From positions 310,001 to 363,611 of the forward strand of contig NW_024055760.1 of the NCBI RefSeq assembly GCF_902713615.1: DNA of 53,611 bases, given 5' to 3'. Position numbers and translations under genes: made by a program. Below, piece after piece: positions 1 through 11,468 of this stretch. Below the pieces are notes generated by a model, which searched no databases, was not told the DNA's origin, and worked only from the letters and a program-made list of their open reading frames with translations. This DNA is from Scyliorhinus canicula (lineage: Eukaryota). Within the stretch, counting starts at the first letter, position 1. Each line of letters starts with the position of its first letter.

Positions 1-734
1 TGCAAGCTGGATGACTGAGTGAATCCCTTCCCACATTGAGAGCAGGTGAACGGGCGCTCAGCAGTGTGAACTCGCTGATGGATCCGCAGGTTGGATAAAG
101 CACGGAATCCCTTCCCACACTGAGAGCAGGTGAACGGCCTCTCCCCAGTGTGAATTTGCTGATGTCTCTGCAGGGTGGATGAATCAATGAATCCCTTCCC
201 ACACTGAGAGCAGGTGAATGGCCTCTCCCCAGTGTGAATTCGCTGATGTTTCCGCAGGGTGGATGAATCAATGAATCCCTTCCCACACTGAGAGCAAGTG
301 AATGACCTCTCCCCAGTGTGAATTCGCTGGTGTTTCTGCAGGGTGAATGAATCAATGAATCCCTTCCCACATTGAGAGCAGGTGAATGGCCTCTCCCCAG
401 TGTGAAGTCGTTGATGTCTCCACAGGTTGGATAAAGCACGGAATCTCTGCCCACACTGAGAGCAGGTGAACGGCTTCTCCCCAGTATGAAGTCGCTGGTG
501 TTTCTGCAGGCTGGATAAATCAATTAATCTCTTCCCACACAGAGAGCAGGTGAACGGCCTCTCCCCAGTGTGAGCTCGCTGGTGTACCTGCAGGTGAGAT
601 AACCGAGTGAATCCCTTCCCACATTCAGAGCAGGTGAACGGCCTTTCCCCAGTGTGACTGCGCCAATGATTCTCCAGCTCAGATGGGAATCTGTATCCCT
701 TCCCACAGTCCCCACATTTACACGGTTTCTCCAT
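1..734 (-). CDS. C2H2 zinc-finger protein, subfamily A (partial, runs off the window start)
   Basis: Manual translation from ATG at 734: [42 protein letters not shown]... gives 8 complete fingers plus part of a 9th, with no stop before the window edge. It is absent from the ORF track because it has no stop here. Confidence 0.9.
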   Translation of the reverse strand, partial: MEKPCKCGDCGKGYRFPSELENHWRSHTGERPFTCSECGKGFTRLSHLQVHQRAHTGERPFTCSLCGKRLIDLSSLQKHQRLHTGEKPFTCSQCGQRFRALSNLWRHQRLHTGERPFTCSQCGKGFIDSFTLQKHQRIHTGERSFTCSQCGKGFIDSSTLRKHQRIHTGERPFTCSQCGKGFIDSSTLQRHQQIHTGERPFTCSQCGKGFRALSNLRIHQRVHTAERPFTCSQCGKGFTQSSSL

Positions 735-1110
735 GTTTTGGGTCTCCTCGTGTCTCTCCAGATTGGACAATCAGTGGAAGCCTTGTCTACACACAGAACA
801 TGTTCACTGTCTCTCCTCACTGTGAATGGGGTGATGTTATTTCAGGCTGTGTAACTGGTTAAAGCTCTTTCCACCGTCAGTTCATTGGAACACTCTCACT
901 GGGGTGTGTGTTGTGTGGGTCTCGGTGCTTTTCCAGTCACGCTCACGTTTAAAATCTTTTGAAGCTGAAAAATCAGATAAACATTTTTCTTCTTGCCGAT
1001 AATATTCAGAGCCCGATGATATTCAGATCAGAAGGAATCGAATGAGTTTGTTACATCGAGACGTGATGTTTGATATTTCTGTCTATAATTCCTCCACTTC
1101 CAATATCCTT
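735..1110 (-). other. Relic zinc-finger leader (probable 5' UTR) of the 1-734 gene
   Basis: Reverse strand reads ..*LEKHRD..FQ*TDGGKSFNQLHSLK*HHPIHSEERQ*TCSVC..*LSNLERH and is homologous to the leaders of the other subfamily A genes. Confidence 0.75.
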
Positions 1111-1356
1111 TAAAACAATTTACAAAAGTCATCAGTTAGTACAGGATAGGAATTCAGAACAGACAATTCTAGTTCCGATGGAACATTATTTCCTCTCTCG
1201 TTCTCCAAAGTCTGTAAATTTCCATCCCACACACTCTCCCTCCATTCTCACTCTGCTGTATCTAATATTCACCCTCCCAATTCTCATGAAGATGCTGATT
1301 CATGTTGATTGACAGATCCCAGCTCAGCTCACTGCTTCCTGACCAGGACACAGAGA

Positions 1357-1740
1357 TTAGAATAGGAGCAAAAGTAGGCCATTCGGCCCAACGAGTCTGC
1401 TCAATCATTCAATGAGATACTTGATCTACCTCAGCTCCATTTTCCCACACGATCCCCATATCTCTCAATATCTTCAATATCTAGAAACCTCTCAATATTT
1501 GTCTTGAACATACCTGATGACTGAGGCTCAACATTCCTCTGGGGTAGAGAATTCCAAAGCTTCACCACATCCTCGAGTGAAGAAATCCCTATTCATCTCA
1601 GCTTTCACTCTATTTTCCTACCTGTTCCCCATAACCCTTAACTCCATTGTCAATAAAATATCTGTTAAACTTGTGCTTCAATATATTCAATGACCCCCAG
1701 ATACAACTGGTCCCTGTGGAAGAGAAATCCAAAGACTAAC
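1357..1740 (-). mobile_element. CR1/HER1-type LINE 3' end fragment
   Basis: Reverse strand has the tail ...gggccgaatggcctacttttgctcctat and the ctttggaattctctaccccagag segment shared with the longer CR1 copies in the window. Confidence 0.75.
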
Positions 1741-1974
1741 AACCCTCTGAGGGAAGAGATGACTGGAAATCTATAATGTAGCTACATTCTTATATTACGA
1801 GGAGAAATAATAATACGTTTACTTTATTACAGAACGGTAAATAATATATCTAATCTGTACCATATAATAACACGAGCCATATCTCTGTCCATTATTATTT
1901 TAATGCCCCCTGAAATGTCAGCCATCTGCTGGGGAACCCACCCCTTTAATTGCGAACATTAGAAAAGAGACAAT

Positions 1975-2190
1975 CCTTTTTTAAAATAAATTTCAAGTGA
2001 CCAATTATTTTTTTGCAATTAAAGTGCAATTTAGCTTGGCAAATCCACCTACCCTGCACATCTTTGGGTTGTGGATGTGAGATGCCCGCAGACACGGGGA
2101 GAATGTGCAAACTCCACACGGACAGTGACCCAGGGCCGGGATCGAACACGGGTCCTTGGTACCATGAGGCAGCAGTGCTAACCATGGTGC
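1975..2190 (-). mobile_element. V-SINE variant (tRNA head, short core, A-rich tail)
   Basis: B-box gttcgatcc, core ggagtttgcacattctccccgtgt and an A-rich tail. Confidence 0.8.
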
Positions 2191-2322
2191 GATCAGAGGC
2201 CATTCTTTTAGTCAGACAAATAAATGCGTCAACCTGTTAAGGAGATGGGTGGGAAGAATTGGAAACACTTTGTGGAGTCGTGCACCTACATGAAAATATT
2301 TTTTCCCCAATTAATGTTCCAG

Positions 2323-3440
2323 TTTGGGCTCAAATCATCAATGAGGACTCTGATCTCTGGGAACGAAGGAAACCCTGGCAGGTGGGCGGAGAAGATTCAC
2401 AAACACCCGCTGGAGGCCCCAAACCCCCCAATAAGACCCATTGATTTTATTGTCAGTCTGCAGACAGGAGCTGGAGAACTGAACCCAGGCAGAGGAGAGG
2501 GAAGGAGAAAACTGGGAGTGGAGGAAAGAAATGGTGCAGATGGTGAGATGGGTTTGGATTTCAGTCCAGGGAGGAGGGAGAGTGTGTGGGACCAGGATTT
2601 ACAGCTTTGGGGGAACAAGAGAGGAGAAAATATTCCAGAGAAACTGAATTGTCTGTTCAGAATTTCTATCCTGGTTTGACAGTGATGGCTTTTGTTCATT
2701 TCTGAAAAAATTAGGATTACCCAATTTTCTTTCTCCCAATTGAGGCGTAATTTTAGATAGGCCAATTCACCTACCCTGCACATCATAGAATTTACAGTGC
2801 AAAAGGAGGCCACGGCCCATCGAGTCTGCACCGGCTCTTGGAAAGAGCACCCTACCCAAGGTCAACACCTCCATCCTATCCCCATAACCCAGTAACCCCA
2901 CCCAACACTAAGGGCAATTTTGGACACTAAGGGAAATTTATCATGGCCAATCTACCTAACCTGCACATCTTTGGACTGTGGGAGGAAACCGGAGCACCCG
3001 GAGGAAACCCACGCACACACGGGGAGGATGTGCAGACTCCGCACAGACAGTGACCCAAGCCGGAATCGAACCTGGGACCCAGGAGCTGTGAAGCGATTGT
3101 GCTATCCACAATGCTACCGTGCTGCCCGTTTGGATTTTTGGATTGTGGGGGTGAGACCCACGCAGACATGGGGAGAATGTGCAAACTCCATACAGACAGT
3201 GGCCCGGTGCCGGGATCAAACCCGGGTTCTCGGCTAACCACTGAGTCACTGTGCCTGCCCCTAGTGATGACTTTTATAAACTTCTTTTACAGGATATTAC
3301 AAAGGGAGGATTTACAGATGGAAACTCAAATCAAACTTCACATCAAGATTTAACAGAGTCACTCTATTCATCAGGATCTGAATATCATTGGCCTGTGAAT
3401 GTGGAAGAAGAAATATTTGTCTGTTCTGTGCGTAGGAAAA
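2323..3440 (+). pseudogene. Orphan ZNF 5' module (small exons plus start of the finger exon), truncated and interrupted by SINEs
   Basis: Putative exons at 2323-2380 (..ccctggcag|gtggg) and 2464-2542 (ctgcag|acagg..cagatg|gtgag), and acceptor cttttacag|gatatt near 3293. The exon reads DITKGGFTDGNSNQTSHQDLTESL..FVCSV, then a SINE follows. Paralogous to 39771-40150 and 33900-34290. Confidence 0.7.
2785..3128 (-). mobile_element. HE1-type V-SINE, full length, nested in a V-SINE variant (2705-3261)
   Basis: tRNA head gggcagcacggtagc, V-core and CR1-like tail ..ctgcactgtaaattctatga on the reverse strand. Confidence 0.9.
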
Positions 3441-3444
3441 CATG

Positions 3445-3652
3445 TTCTTTTGAAAAAAATATATTTAGAGTACCCAATTTTTTTCCAATTAAGGGGCAAT
3501 TTAGCATGACCAATCCACCTACCCTGAACATCTTTGGGTTGTGAAGGTGAGACCCACACAGACACGGGAAGAATGTGCAAACTCCACACAGATCCCGGGG
3601 CCGGCATCAATACTAGGCAACAGTGCTAACCACTGCGCCACCCTGCCGCCCC
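3445..3652 (-). mobile_element. V-SINE variant with A-rich tail
   Basis: Same family as 1975-2190. Confidence 0.8.
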
Positions 3653-3929
3653 CAAGGTTGTGTTTCTGACATGGGTCTCCATGTGACTGAACAGAGCCGC
3701 ACATGGGGTCAGAGATCCATTGAGTTGGTGGGATCCAGAGAGCAGAATTTGCTTGTTTCTTTACTTCTCTGTTGCTACTCTGATCAGCAATTAGATATCT
3801 GGGTCTGTGCAAGCCGGGGTAATGGGAGGTCAAGTACCCAGGACAAAGGGGAATACAGTTTGCTGGCCAGCTTGTCTCCATTCTGAGCAATGTGAAATAA
3901 GCTTCTCCCAGTCATTGAAAATGTTGCCC

Positions 3930-4360
3930 CCAACAAACATGGCGGCCGCACATGCGCTCTTCTGCATTGGCCCGAGTAAAGATGGCGGTCGTTATCCCGA
4001 ACCGATCACTGGACCCTCGCGGCCCCGCTCCGTGAAACGAGTAAACTAGGAAGTGGTTTTTCCGGGTATGGGCTTGCACAACATGTTTAGAAAACTTTTC
4101 TACCCACCAGCCAGATCCATCGCTCCCGCGTTCCACAATATTCCTCTTACCGTTTGTGGATCCGAAACAAAAGCTTCTCTCCATCGCCATTACCGGCACT
4201 GCGCATGCTTCAGTCGAAGTCCCACCCACCCCTCACTCACTCCGATTGGTTGGAGGACCAGCCGCTCCTGCTGGGTCTTCCAGTCCCGCCCCCTCCTCCG
4301 ATTGGTCCGAAGCTGCCGTCAATCACTCCCCGGGCATTGTGATGTGGGGCATGCGCAATG
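3930..4360. promoter_or_regulatory. CpG-rich promoter module between the divergent ZNF genes 1-734 and 5335-6330
   Basis: High CpG content, YY1-like aacatggcggc and aagatggcgg, NRF1-like gcgcatgc repeats, attgg (CCAAT) boxes and GC box cccgcccc. Confidence 0.65.
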
Positions 4361-4602
4361 GGGCTCATGCCCAAGGACAGACGCTTGTTTGTCTCATCTT
4401 CAGGCGAGAAAAAAGCGGATAAGCGGAGGCAGCGTTAGGGGCAGTGGGTGGGAGGGGAGGCTTCACACACCCAGTGGAGTCCTCAACACCCCCAATAACA
4501 AACTAGCCGCACCGCCTCAACACCCAACACAACGGCAGCTGCCGCTTTCTCCCGGTGCCAGGCCCCAGTGGACAAATGTGGCTTCAGGAAGGAAATGCAG
4601 CA

Positions 4603-4803
4603 ATGGATTTGTTCAGGAGAAATGATCTTTCACTCACTTTACTGATCCTGGAGCAGGAGGAGAGAATGGGGAGGATTTCTATCCTGCATTCACACTGATG
4701 GATTTGTTCAGGAGAAATTATCTTTAACTGAGTTTACTGATCCTGGAGCAGGAGGAGAGAATGGGGGCAATTTCTATCCTGCACTCACACTGATGGATTT
4801 GTT
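4603..4803. repeat. 95-bp tandem duplication (2 copies plus start of a third)
   Basis: atggatttgtt recurs at 4603, 4698 and 4793 with near-identical intervening sequence. Confidence 0.85.
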
Positions 4804-5009
4804 AATGCAGATGGTAGAATTTAAATTCGAGGGAGAATCTGGAATTCAAAGCTGCACTCAGTATTAATGACCTTGAAACCATTGTGGTGAGTGTGTGGGA
4901 AGGGGAAAGTGGGACTGGAATTGCAGCTTTAGGAAACGAGCGAAAAAATTATTGCCCAGAAACTAGAATTATCTTCTGAATTTCTGACCTGTGTAAACTG
5001 ATTTTACAG

Positions 5010-5334
5010 GGTTACAAGGAATGGATTGACAGACTGGAAATTCAAATCAATCCACACATCAAGATCTGACAGTCACTCTTTAATGAGGATCTGAATGTGA
5101 TCAACTTTTGAATGTGGAAGGAGAAATGTTTGTTCTGTCTGTGGGAAATGATTTCAAACATAAGTGTGACTGGAAAAGCACAAAGACACACACCCAAGTG
5201 AGTGTGTTCCAGTGAACTGACTGTGGAAAGAGCGTCAACCAGTTACACAGCCTTGAAAACACCACACCATTCACAGCGAGGGGAAACTGTACACATGTTC
5301 TGTGAGTGGAAGAAGCTTCAACTGATCATCCAAA
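5010..5334 (+). other. Finger-exon acceptor and relic zinc-finger leader
   Basis: ttttacag|gg acceptor followed by ..V*LEKH..FQ*TDCGKSVNQLHSL..GRSFN*SSK. Confidence 0.7.
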
Positions 5335-6330
5335 ATGGAGAGACACAAGGATGCCGGCACCATTGAGAAACCATGGAAATGTGGGGAATGTGGGAAGGGA
5401 TTCACTTACCCATCTGAGCTGGAAACTCATCACCGCAGTCACACTGGGGAGAGACCATTCACCTGTTCAGAGTGTGGAAAGGGATTCACTCGACTAACAC
5501 ATCTGACTGCACACCAACTTGTTCACTCTGACAGGAGACCTTTTAAATGTTCCGATTGTGAGAAGAGCTTTAAAAACAAATTTAATCTTCTGACACACCA
5601 GCGGGTTCACACTGGGGAGAGGCTGTTCACTTGTTCTGAATGTGGGAAGAGATTCACTCAGTTATCCAGCCTTTTGACACACCAGCGAATGCACAGCGGG
5701 GAGAAACCATTCACGTGCACTGAGTGTGGGAAGGGATTTGCTCAGTTATCCAACCTTCTGACACACCAGAGAATTCACACTGGAGAGAAACCATTCACCT
5801 GTCCTGAGTGTGGGGTGACATTCGCTCAGTTATGCAAACTTCTGGATCATCAGAGGGTTCACACTGGGGAGAGACCATTCACCTGCTCTGTGTGTGGGAA
5901 GGGATTCGCTCAGTCATCCACCCTGCTGAGACACCAGCGCATTCACACTGGGGTGAGACAGTTCATCTGCTCTGAATGTGGGAAGGGATTCACTCAGTCT
6001 GCCCAACTCGCCTCACACCAACGTGTTCACTCTGATACGAGACCTTTTAAATGTTCCGCCTGTGAGAAGAGCTTTAAAGGCAAAATGGATCTGCTGATTC
6101 ACCAGCGCAGTCACACTGGAGAGAGGCCATTCACCTGCTCCGTGTGTGGGAAGGGATTCACTCAGCATTCCCTCCGGCTGAAACACCAGCGCATTCACAC
6201 CAGGGAGACATTATTCATCTGCTCTGTGTGTGGGAAAGGATTCACTCATTCATTCACCCTGCAGAAACACCAGCGAGTTCACAAGGGTTTGGATTCTGTT
6301 ATTGCTGCTGTTAATCACATCCAGGACTGA
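5335..6330 (+). CDS. C2H2 zinc-finger protein, 11 fingers, ending in the GLDSVIAAVNHIQD tail
   Basis: 331-aa ORF of tandem CxxC-x12-HxxxH fingers with TGE[K/R]P linkers. Confidence 0.92.
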   Translation: MERHKDAGTIEKPWKCGECGKGFTYPSELETHHRSHTGERPFTCSECGKGFTRLTHLTAHQLVHSDRRPFKCSDCEKSFKNKFNLLTHQRVHTGERLFTCSECGKRFTQLSSLLTHQRMHSGEKPFTCTECGKGFAQLSNLLTHQRIHTGEKPFTCPECGVTFAQLCKLLDHQRVHTGERPFTCSVCGKGFAQSSTLLRHQRIHTGVRQFICSECGKGFTQSAQLASHQRVHSDTRPFKCSACEKSFKGKMDLLIHQRSHTGERPFTCSVCGKGFTQHSLRLKHQRIHTRETLFICSVCGKGFTHSFTLQKHQRVHKGLDSVIAAVNHIQD

Positions 6331-6529
6331 GCCGTGTTCATTCTGACAGTTGGAGTTTGTTTCAGTTGATGTTAATCATTCCCGTGACTTGGCCGAAGTT
6401 TAATATTCTGGATATAGATTAATAAAATTAGCCTTGTGTTAACGACAGTGTTCCAGTCCTTGATTTCTCTAAGACTACATTTATTGCCCATCATCCATTC
6501 CCCTTCAAAAGGGGGTGGTGAGCTGAATA

Positions 6530-8522
6530 TTGTAGTACATGTAAAATTGAGGAAGGACAGAAATCTCGGAAAAGGTGGAAGAGTGGCGTTGTTAATTATT
6601 GATGCTGTTGGCACATTAGACAGGGATGACCTAAGCTCAGGAAACCAGGATGTAGGAGTGGTTTGGTTTGAGATGAAAACTGGTAAAGGCAAGAATTTAC
6701 TTCTGGGAGTGGTGTGCAGGCCTCCTAATTGTAACGAGACAGTAGGACAGAGTGTAAAAGAAGAGATAATGGGAGTCTGTCAGAAAAGGTACAGTGATAA
6801 TCAAGGGAGATTTTAGTACACTTATAAACTGGAAAAATCAGATTGGCGAAAGTAGCAGAGGTGAGGAGTTCACAATGTTCTTGCGATAGTTTCTACAATC
6901 AGCACATTTTGGAGCAAACCAGAGGTCAGGTAACACCAGGCTGGGTATTGTGCAGCAAGGATTAATTGATAACCTCATGGTGAAGGCATCCCCAGGTAAC
7001 AGCGATCATAATATGACTGAATTTGACATGCAGTTTGTGGGGAAGAAGATTGAGTCCAAAACGAGTAAGTTAAGCTTCAATAAGAGCAATTATGAGGGCA
7101 TCAAAGCAGAGCGAGCTAAAATGAACTTTCAAATGAGCTTGTGTGTCAGGTCAATTGAGATTCAGTAGCAGACATTGAACGGGATATTTCAGTATAAACA
7201 GAATAGATACATTCTCATGAGAATGGAAAATTCCAAGGGGAGGACCCAACATCTGTATTTAACTAAAAAAGTTAAAGACATATCAATGTTTTTTTACAAA
7301 GCATGGAACAGCGCAAAGGCAGATATCAGGTCAGAACATTGGGCAGAATATAAAGGATCAAATATAAACACAAAAATATTAATAAGGAGGAAATAATTAG
7401 AGTACCAGAGAAAGCTGGCTAGAAATATAAAGACAGATGGAGTTTCAATAGATATTTGTGATAGTAAATAATTCTCCTTTCTTCCTTCTTCCTTCAAGTG
7501 AGTGTTGATGCTCTCGCAAGCAATCTTGGATGGAAAGTAAGGTTATGGCAAATGAATTGAACAGGTAAAAGCAAATTACTGCGGATGCTGGAATCTAAAA
7601 CAAAAGGGAAAATGCTGGAAAATCTCAGCAAGTCTGGCAGCATCTGTATGGAGAGAAAAGAGCTAACGTTTCAAGTCCGAAGACTTTGTCAAAGCTAACA
7701 GACAGAGAGAGTGGGAAATATTTAGACTGGAGTGAGAATGAAAGTCATAGCCACAGAAACCCAGGGAAATCGGGCGCTAATGGCCACAGATACCAATGTG
7801 AAAGAGTGCTACTGGCAGTCCCCAGAGAGGACAAAAGATGTGAAAGGTCAAACAGCAGGGAAACTAACATCAGAGGATGAACTGTAGGTGTGGGGTGTGG
7901 GGAGGGGGGGGGGGGGGGGGGGGGGGGAAGGGGGAAGCAAAGAGGAGAAACGTGCAGGAAAGAAAGAAATGGTAAAAGACAGTTAAATGAAATGAAAACA
8001 AATGGGTTGAGGTGGGGCTGAATTGAATCACTGTAGAGGAATCAAGTAACATTTCAGAAATATCTGTAAATCAGCAAATGGAAGGGACAGAGGAACTCAG
8101 AAAAATTACAATCACCAGGGAAGTGTTAATGAGCAATGTTTGAGTCTGCAGGCTGACAAAACCCCGGATTCGGGTCGACTTCACCATAAGATCTTGGAAG
8201 AAGCAGCTAATTAGAGAGTTGATGCACCCGTTTCATTTTTCAAAATTTGCTCGATATAGGGAGGAATCCATTAAATTGGAAAATAACAAAAGTAAAAGGT
8301 GGGGGGGGCAGATAGCTGGAAACAACAGGTCAGTTAACCAAACATCTGTCATAGGGAACATGTTAGAAAAATTGAAGGTAATCAGGCAGAGTCTACATGG
8401 TTTTGTGAAAGGCAAATCATGTTTAACCAATTTGTCAGTTATTTGATGGAGTCACATGTACTGTGGCTAAAAGGGAACAGCTGAATGCACTGTCCTTAGA
8501 TTTCCAGAAGGCGTTTGATAAA
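6530..8522 (+). mobile_element. Degenerate CR1-clade LINE ORF2 (APE endonuclease to start of RT)
   Basis: RKDR..GGRVALLI, LLGVVCRPP, GNSDHN, HGFVKGKSCLTNL and DFQKAFDK motifs, with many stops and frameshifts. Confidence 0.85.
7565..8010 (-). mobile_element. Penelope-like repeat fragment (family 2) with hammerhead-like motif, inserted in CR1
   Basis: gatgctgccagacttgctgagattttccagc end shared with 16775-16835, 28730-28860 and 30308-30415. Hammerhead-like core at 7661-7696. Confidence 0.55.
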
Positions 8523-8696
8523 ATGAAATGAAATGAAAATCACTTATTGTCACAAATAGGCTTCAAATGAAGTTACTGTGAAAAGCCCCTACTTGCCACA
8601 TTCCGGCACCTGTTCGGGTAGGCTGTTACGCGAATTGAACCGTGCTGCTGGCATGCTTTCAAAGCCAGTGATTTAGCCCTGTGCTAAACAACCCCT
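8522..8696 (-). mobile_element. tRNA-derived SINE 'type B' with (TTTCA)n tail
   Basis: Head tttagcacagggctaaa..ggttcaattc and tail ggcttttcacagtaacttc..tgtgacaataag..(tttca)n. Confidence 0.8.
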
Positions 8697-8727
8697 ATTG
8701 TAGAAAATAAAAACTCAGGATCTAACA

Positions 8728-9465
8728 CCATAAGATATAGGAGCAGAATTAGGCCACTCGCCCCATCGAGTCTGCTCTGCCATTCAATCATGATATTTTC
8801 TCATCCCCATTCTTCTCCCTTCTCTCCATAACCACTGATCCCCTTATTAATCAAGAATCATATCTATCTCTGTCTTAAAGACACACAGTGATTTGGCCTC
8901 CACAGCCTTCTGCGGCAGAGTGCCACAGATTCACCACCCTCTGGCTGAAGAAATTGAATGAAAATGAAAATCGCTTATTGTCACGAGTAGGCTTCAATGA
9001 AGTTACTGTGAAAAGCCCCTAGTCGCCACATTCCAGCGCCTGTCCGGGGAGGCTGGTACGGGAATCGAACCGTGCTGCTGGCCTGCTTGGTCTGCTTTAA
9101 AAGCCAGCGATTTAGCCCAGTGAGCTAAACCAGTCCCATTCAACCTCATCTCTGTTTTCAAGAATTGTCCCTTTAGTCTGAGATTGTGTCCTCTGGTTCC
9201 AGTTTTCCAACAAGTGGAAACATCCTCTCCACATCCACTCTATCCAGGCCTCACAATATCCTGTAAGTTTCAATAAGGTCCCCCCTGAATCTTCTGAACT
9301 CCCAATGAGTACAGACCCAGAGTCCTCAAGTTCTTCATTCCAGGGATCATTCTTGTGAACCTCCTATGGACCCTTTCCCAAGGCCAGCACATCGTTCCTT
9401 CGATACGGGGTCCAAAATTCCAAATGTTGTCTGACCAGAGCCTTGTACAGCCTCAGAAGTACATT
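8728..9465 (-). mobile_element. CR1/HER1 LINE 3' portion with a nested type-B SINE (8955-9132)
   Basis: Reverse-complement match to 23640-24215. Confidence 0.85.
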
Positions 9466-9574
9466 CGCCATCTTTCTATTGAACAATGTACATGAGGGCG
9501 CATGCGCCACCATTCGGGATCAGAAATCAGGAAGAGAAATTTGTGAATTGATTCCCAGACATTTTTTAAATATG

Positions 9575-9915
9575 TTGATGGGACGTGGACGTCGCAGTCT
9601 GTGCTAGCATTTATTGCCCGTCCCTAATTGCCCTTGATGGGGGCATTTAAAGGTCAACCATATTGCTGTGGGTCTGGAGTCACATGTATGCCAGAAAAAG
9701 GTGGCAGCTTTCCTTAAATGGCATTCGTGAACCAGATGTTGTTTTACAACAATCATCATGGTCACCATTAGTCTTTTAATTCCAGATTTTTATTGAATTC
9801 AAATTTCACCATCAGCAGTGGCAGGATTTGAACCTGGGACCCCCACAGAGCATTGTTCTGGTCTGGGTATCTGGTTAATTAGTCCAGCGACAATACCATT
9901 ACGCAACCACCGCCA
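9575..9915 (-). mobile_element. tRNA-derived SINE, SacSINE1-like (tentative name)
   Basis: Reverse-complement homologue of 12066-12420. Confidence 0.65.
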
Positions 9916-10039
9916 TTGACTAACATGGATTCTGGAAACTCCTATACAGGGTGAGAAGGGGAAAAGATGTGCACGCAGCAAACTGAAACCAAGAAGAATT
10001 TTGGTCTCTTCTGAATGTCTATCTGGGACTGACCAAAAT

Positions 10040-10300
10040 TCCTTTTTCAGGGTGTTTGGAGAACTGAACTCAGGCAAAGGAGAGGGAGAAAACTTGTTGA
10101 GGAAAGAAACGGAGAAGATGGTGAGATGGGTTTGGATTTCAGCCCAAGGAGGAGGGAGAGTGTGTGGGACGGGGATTTACTACTTTGGGGGAACAAGAGA
10201 GGAAAAAATATGCCACAGAAATTTAAATTGTTTAGAATTTCTATCCTGGACTGACAGTGATGACTTTTGTAACACCTTTTACAGGATATTAGAAGGTGAG
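10040..10300 (+). pseudogene. Orphan ZNF 5' stub truncated by an HE1 SINE (10301-10492, minus strand)
   Basis: ggagaactgaac..aagatg|gtgagatgggtttggatttcagc..cttttacag|gatattagaagg, followed directly by SINE sequence. Confidence 0.7.
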
Positions 10301-10899
10301 GCAATTTATCATGGCCAACCCACCTAACCTGCACATCTTTGGACTGTGGGAGGAAACCGGAGCACCCGGAGGAAACCCACGCACGCATGGGGAGGATGTG
10401 CAGACTCCGCACAGACAGTGACCCAAGCCGGAATCGAACCTGGGACCCTGGAGCTGTGAAGCAATTGTGCTAACCACAATGCTACCGTGCTGTCATCATC
10501 GTAGGAAACAGAAACGTTCTAATTACAAGGGGGAACTAAGGGTTCAGTGCAGGGGGCGGACAGCAACCTCAATACAAGGAAGAGTCAACCTTTAAAAAAT
10601 TGGTCAACAATACAAATATGTTAATCAAATGCCAGTTATTATGAAAAACCAGTCAGACACACGTTTCAACATCATTTTATAGAATTTTACAGAAAAGTTG
10701 TTGATTGAATGATGCTTTCTGACAATTATAATGTGAATAAAAGTTTTAAAAATGAAAAAGACTATTTAATTCCCATTGAAAATGTGTATGATTGATGAAG
10801 AGTGGAAGCTGCATGAATCCTGACTGAGCTGCAGACAGCTTTGCAGATGCAGGTTACAGATTCCCTTATCCAGTCCGAATGAGGAACCTATAGAAATAG

Positions 10900-11468
10900 T
10901 GTCATGTGAGAGTACCTTTAAGAAATGAGTGATAACTACTCCAGTGATGTCAGAGAGTGGGTGGAGCTAGGCTGTCTGTCTGCTTTTCACTTTTGTTTTT
11001 GAGCTGGCTGCAGGGTGTGTTTTAGTTTTGTTTTCAGTGTTGGAGCTAAAGCCAGACCAAGTAGGCGTTCTGCTGTTCTCTCTGCCATCAAAACACTATC
11101 TCTTGATCATTTGGTGAACTCAGAATTATAAATGTTTTCAATAGTGACTTTAACCTGATCTGCTTCTTTTAAAAGGTTTTTTTTTGGTGAGTCTTCTAGA
11201 TGTTAAAAGGACAGCGCAAGCATTACTTGGTGTTGTATTCTTTGGGGGTTGTATTTGAATTAATGGTTGCTAAGATGTTCACTATGTTTCAAAAAGGTTA
11301 ACTTGAGTTCATAGAATAAACATTGTTTTGCTTTAAAAAAATACTTTTCCATTTCTGCTGTACCTGTAGAGTGGGCCGTGTGCTCCCCATACCACAATCT
11401 ATTAAAAGTTGTGGGTCAGGTGAATTTTATGATACACTTTGGGGTTCTCTAAACCCTGGCCCATAACA
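10900..11468 (+). mobile_element. Probable solo LTR
   Basis: TGTCATG...CATAACA termini (6/7 inverted match), internal AATAAA, flanks atag/atac. A truncated copy of its 5' end lies at about 48887-48980. Confidence 0.7.

Noticed and set aside
7904-7927. Poly-G tracts (also 36947-36968 and poly-C near 41073) as functional G-quadruplexes
   Set aside because: They are simple homopolymers, mostly within repeats, with unreliable length and no supporting context.
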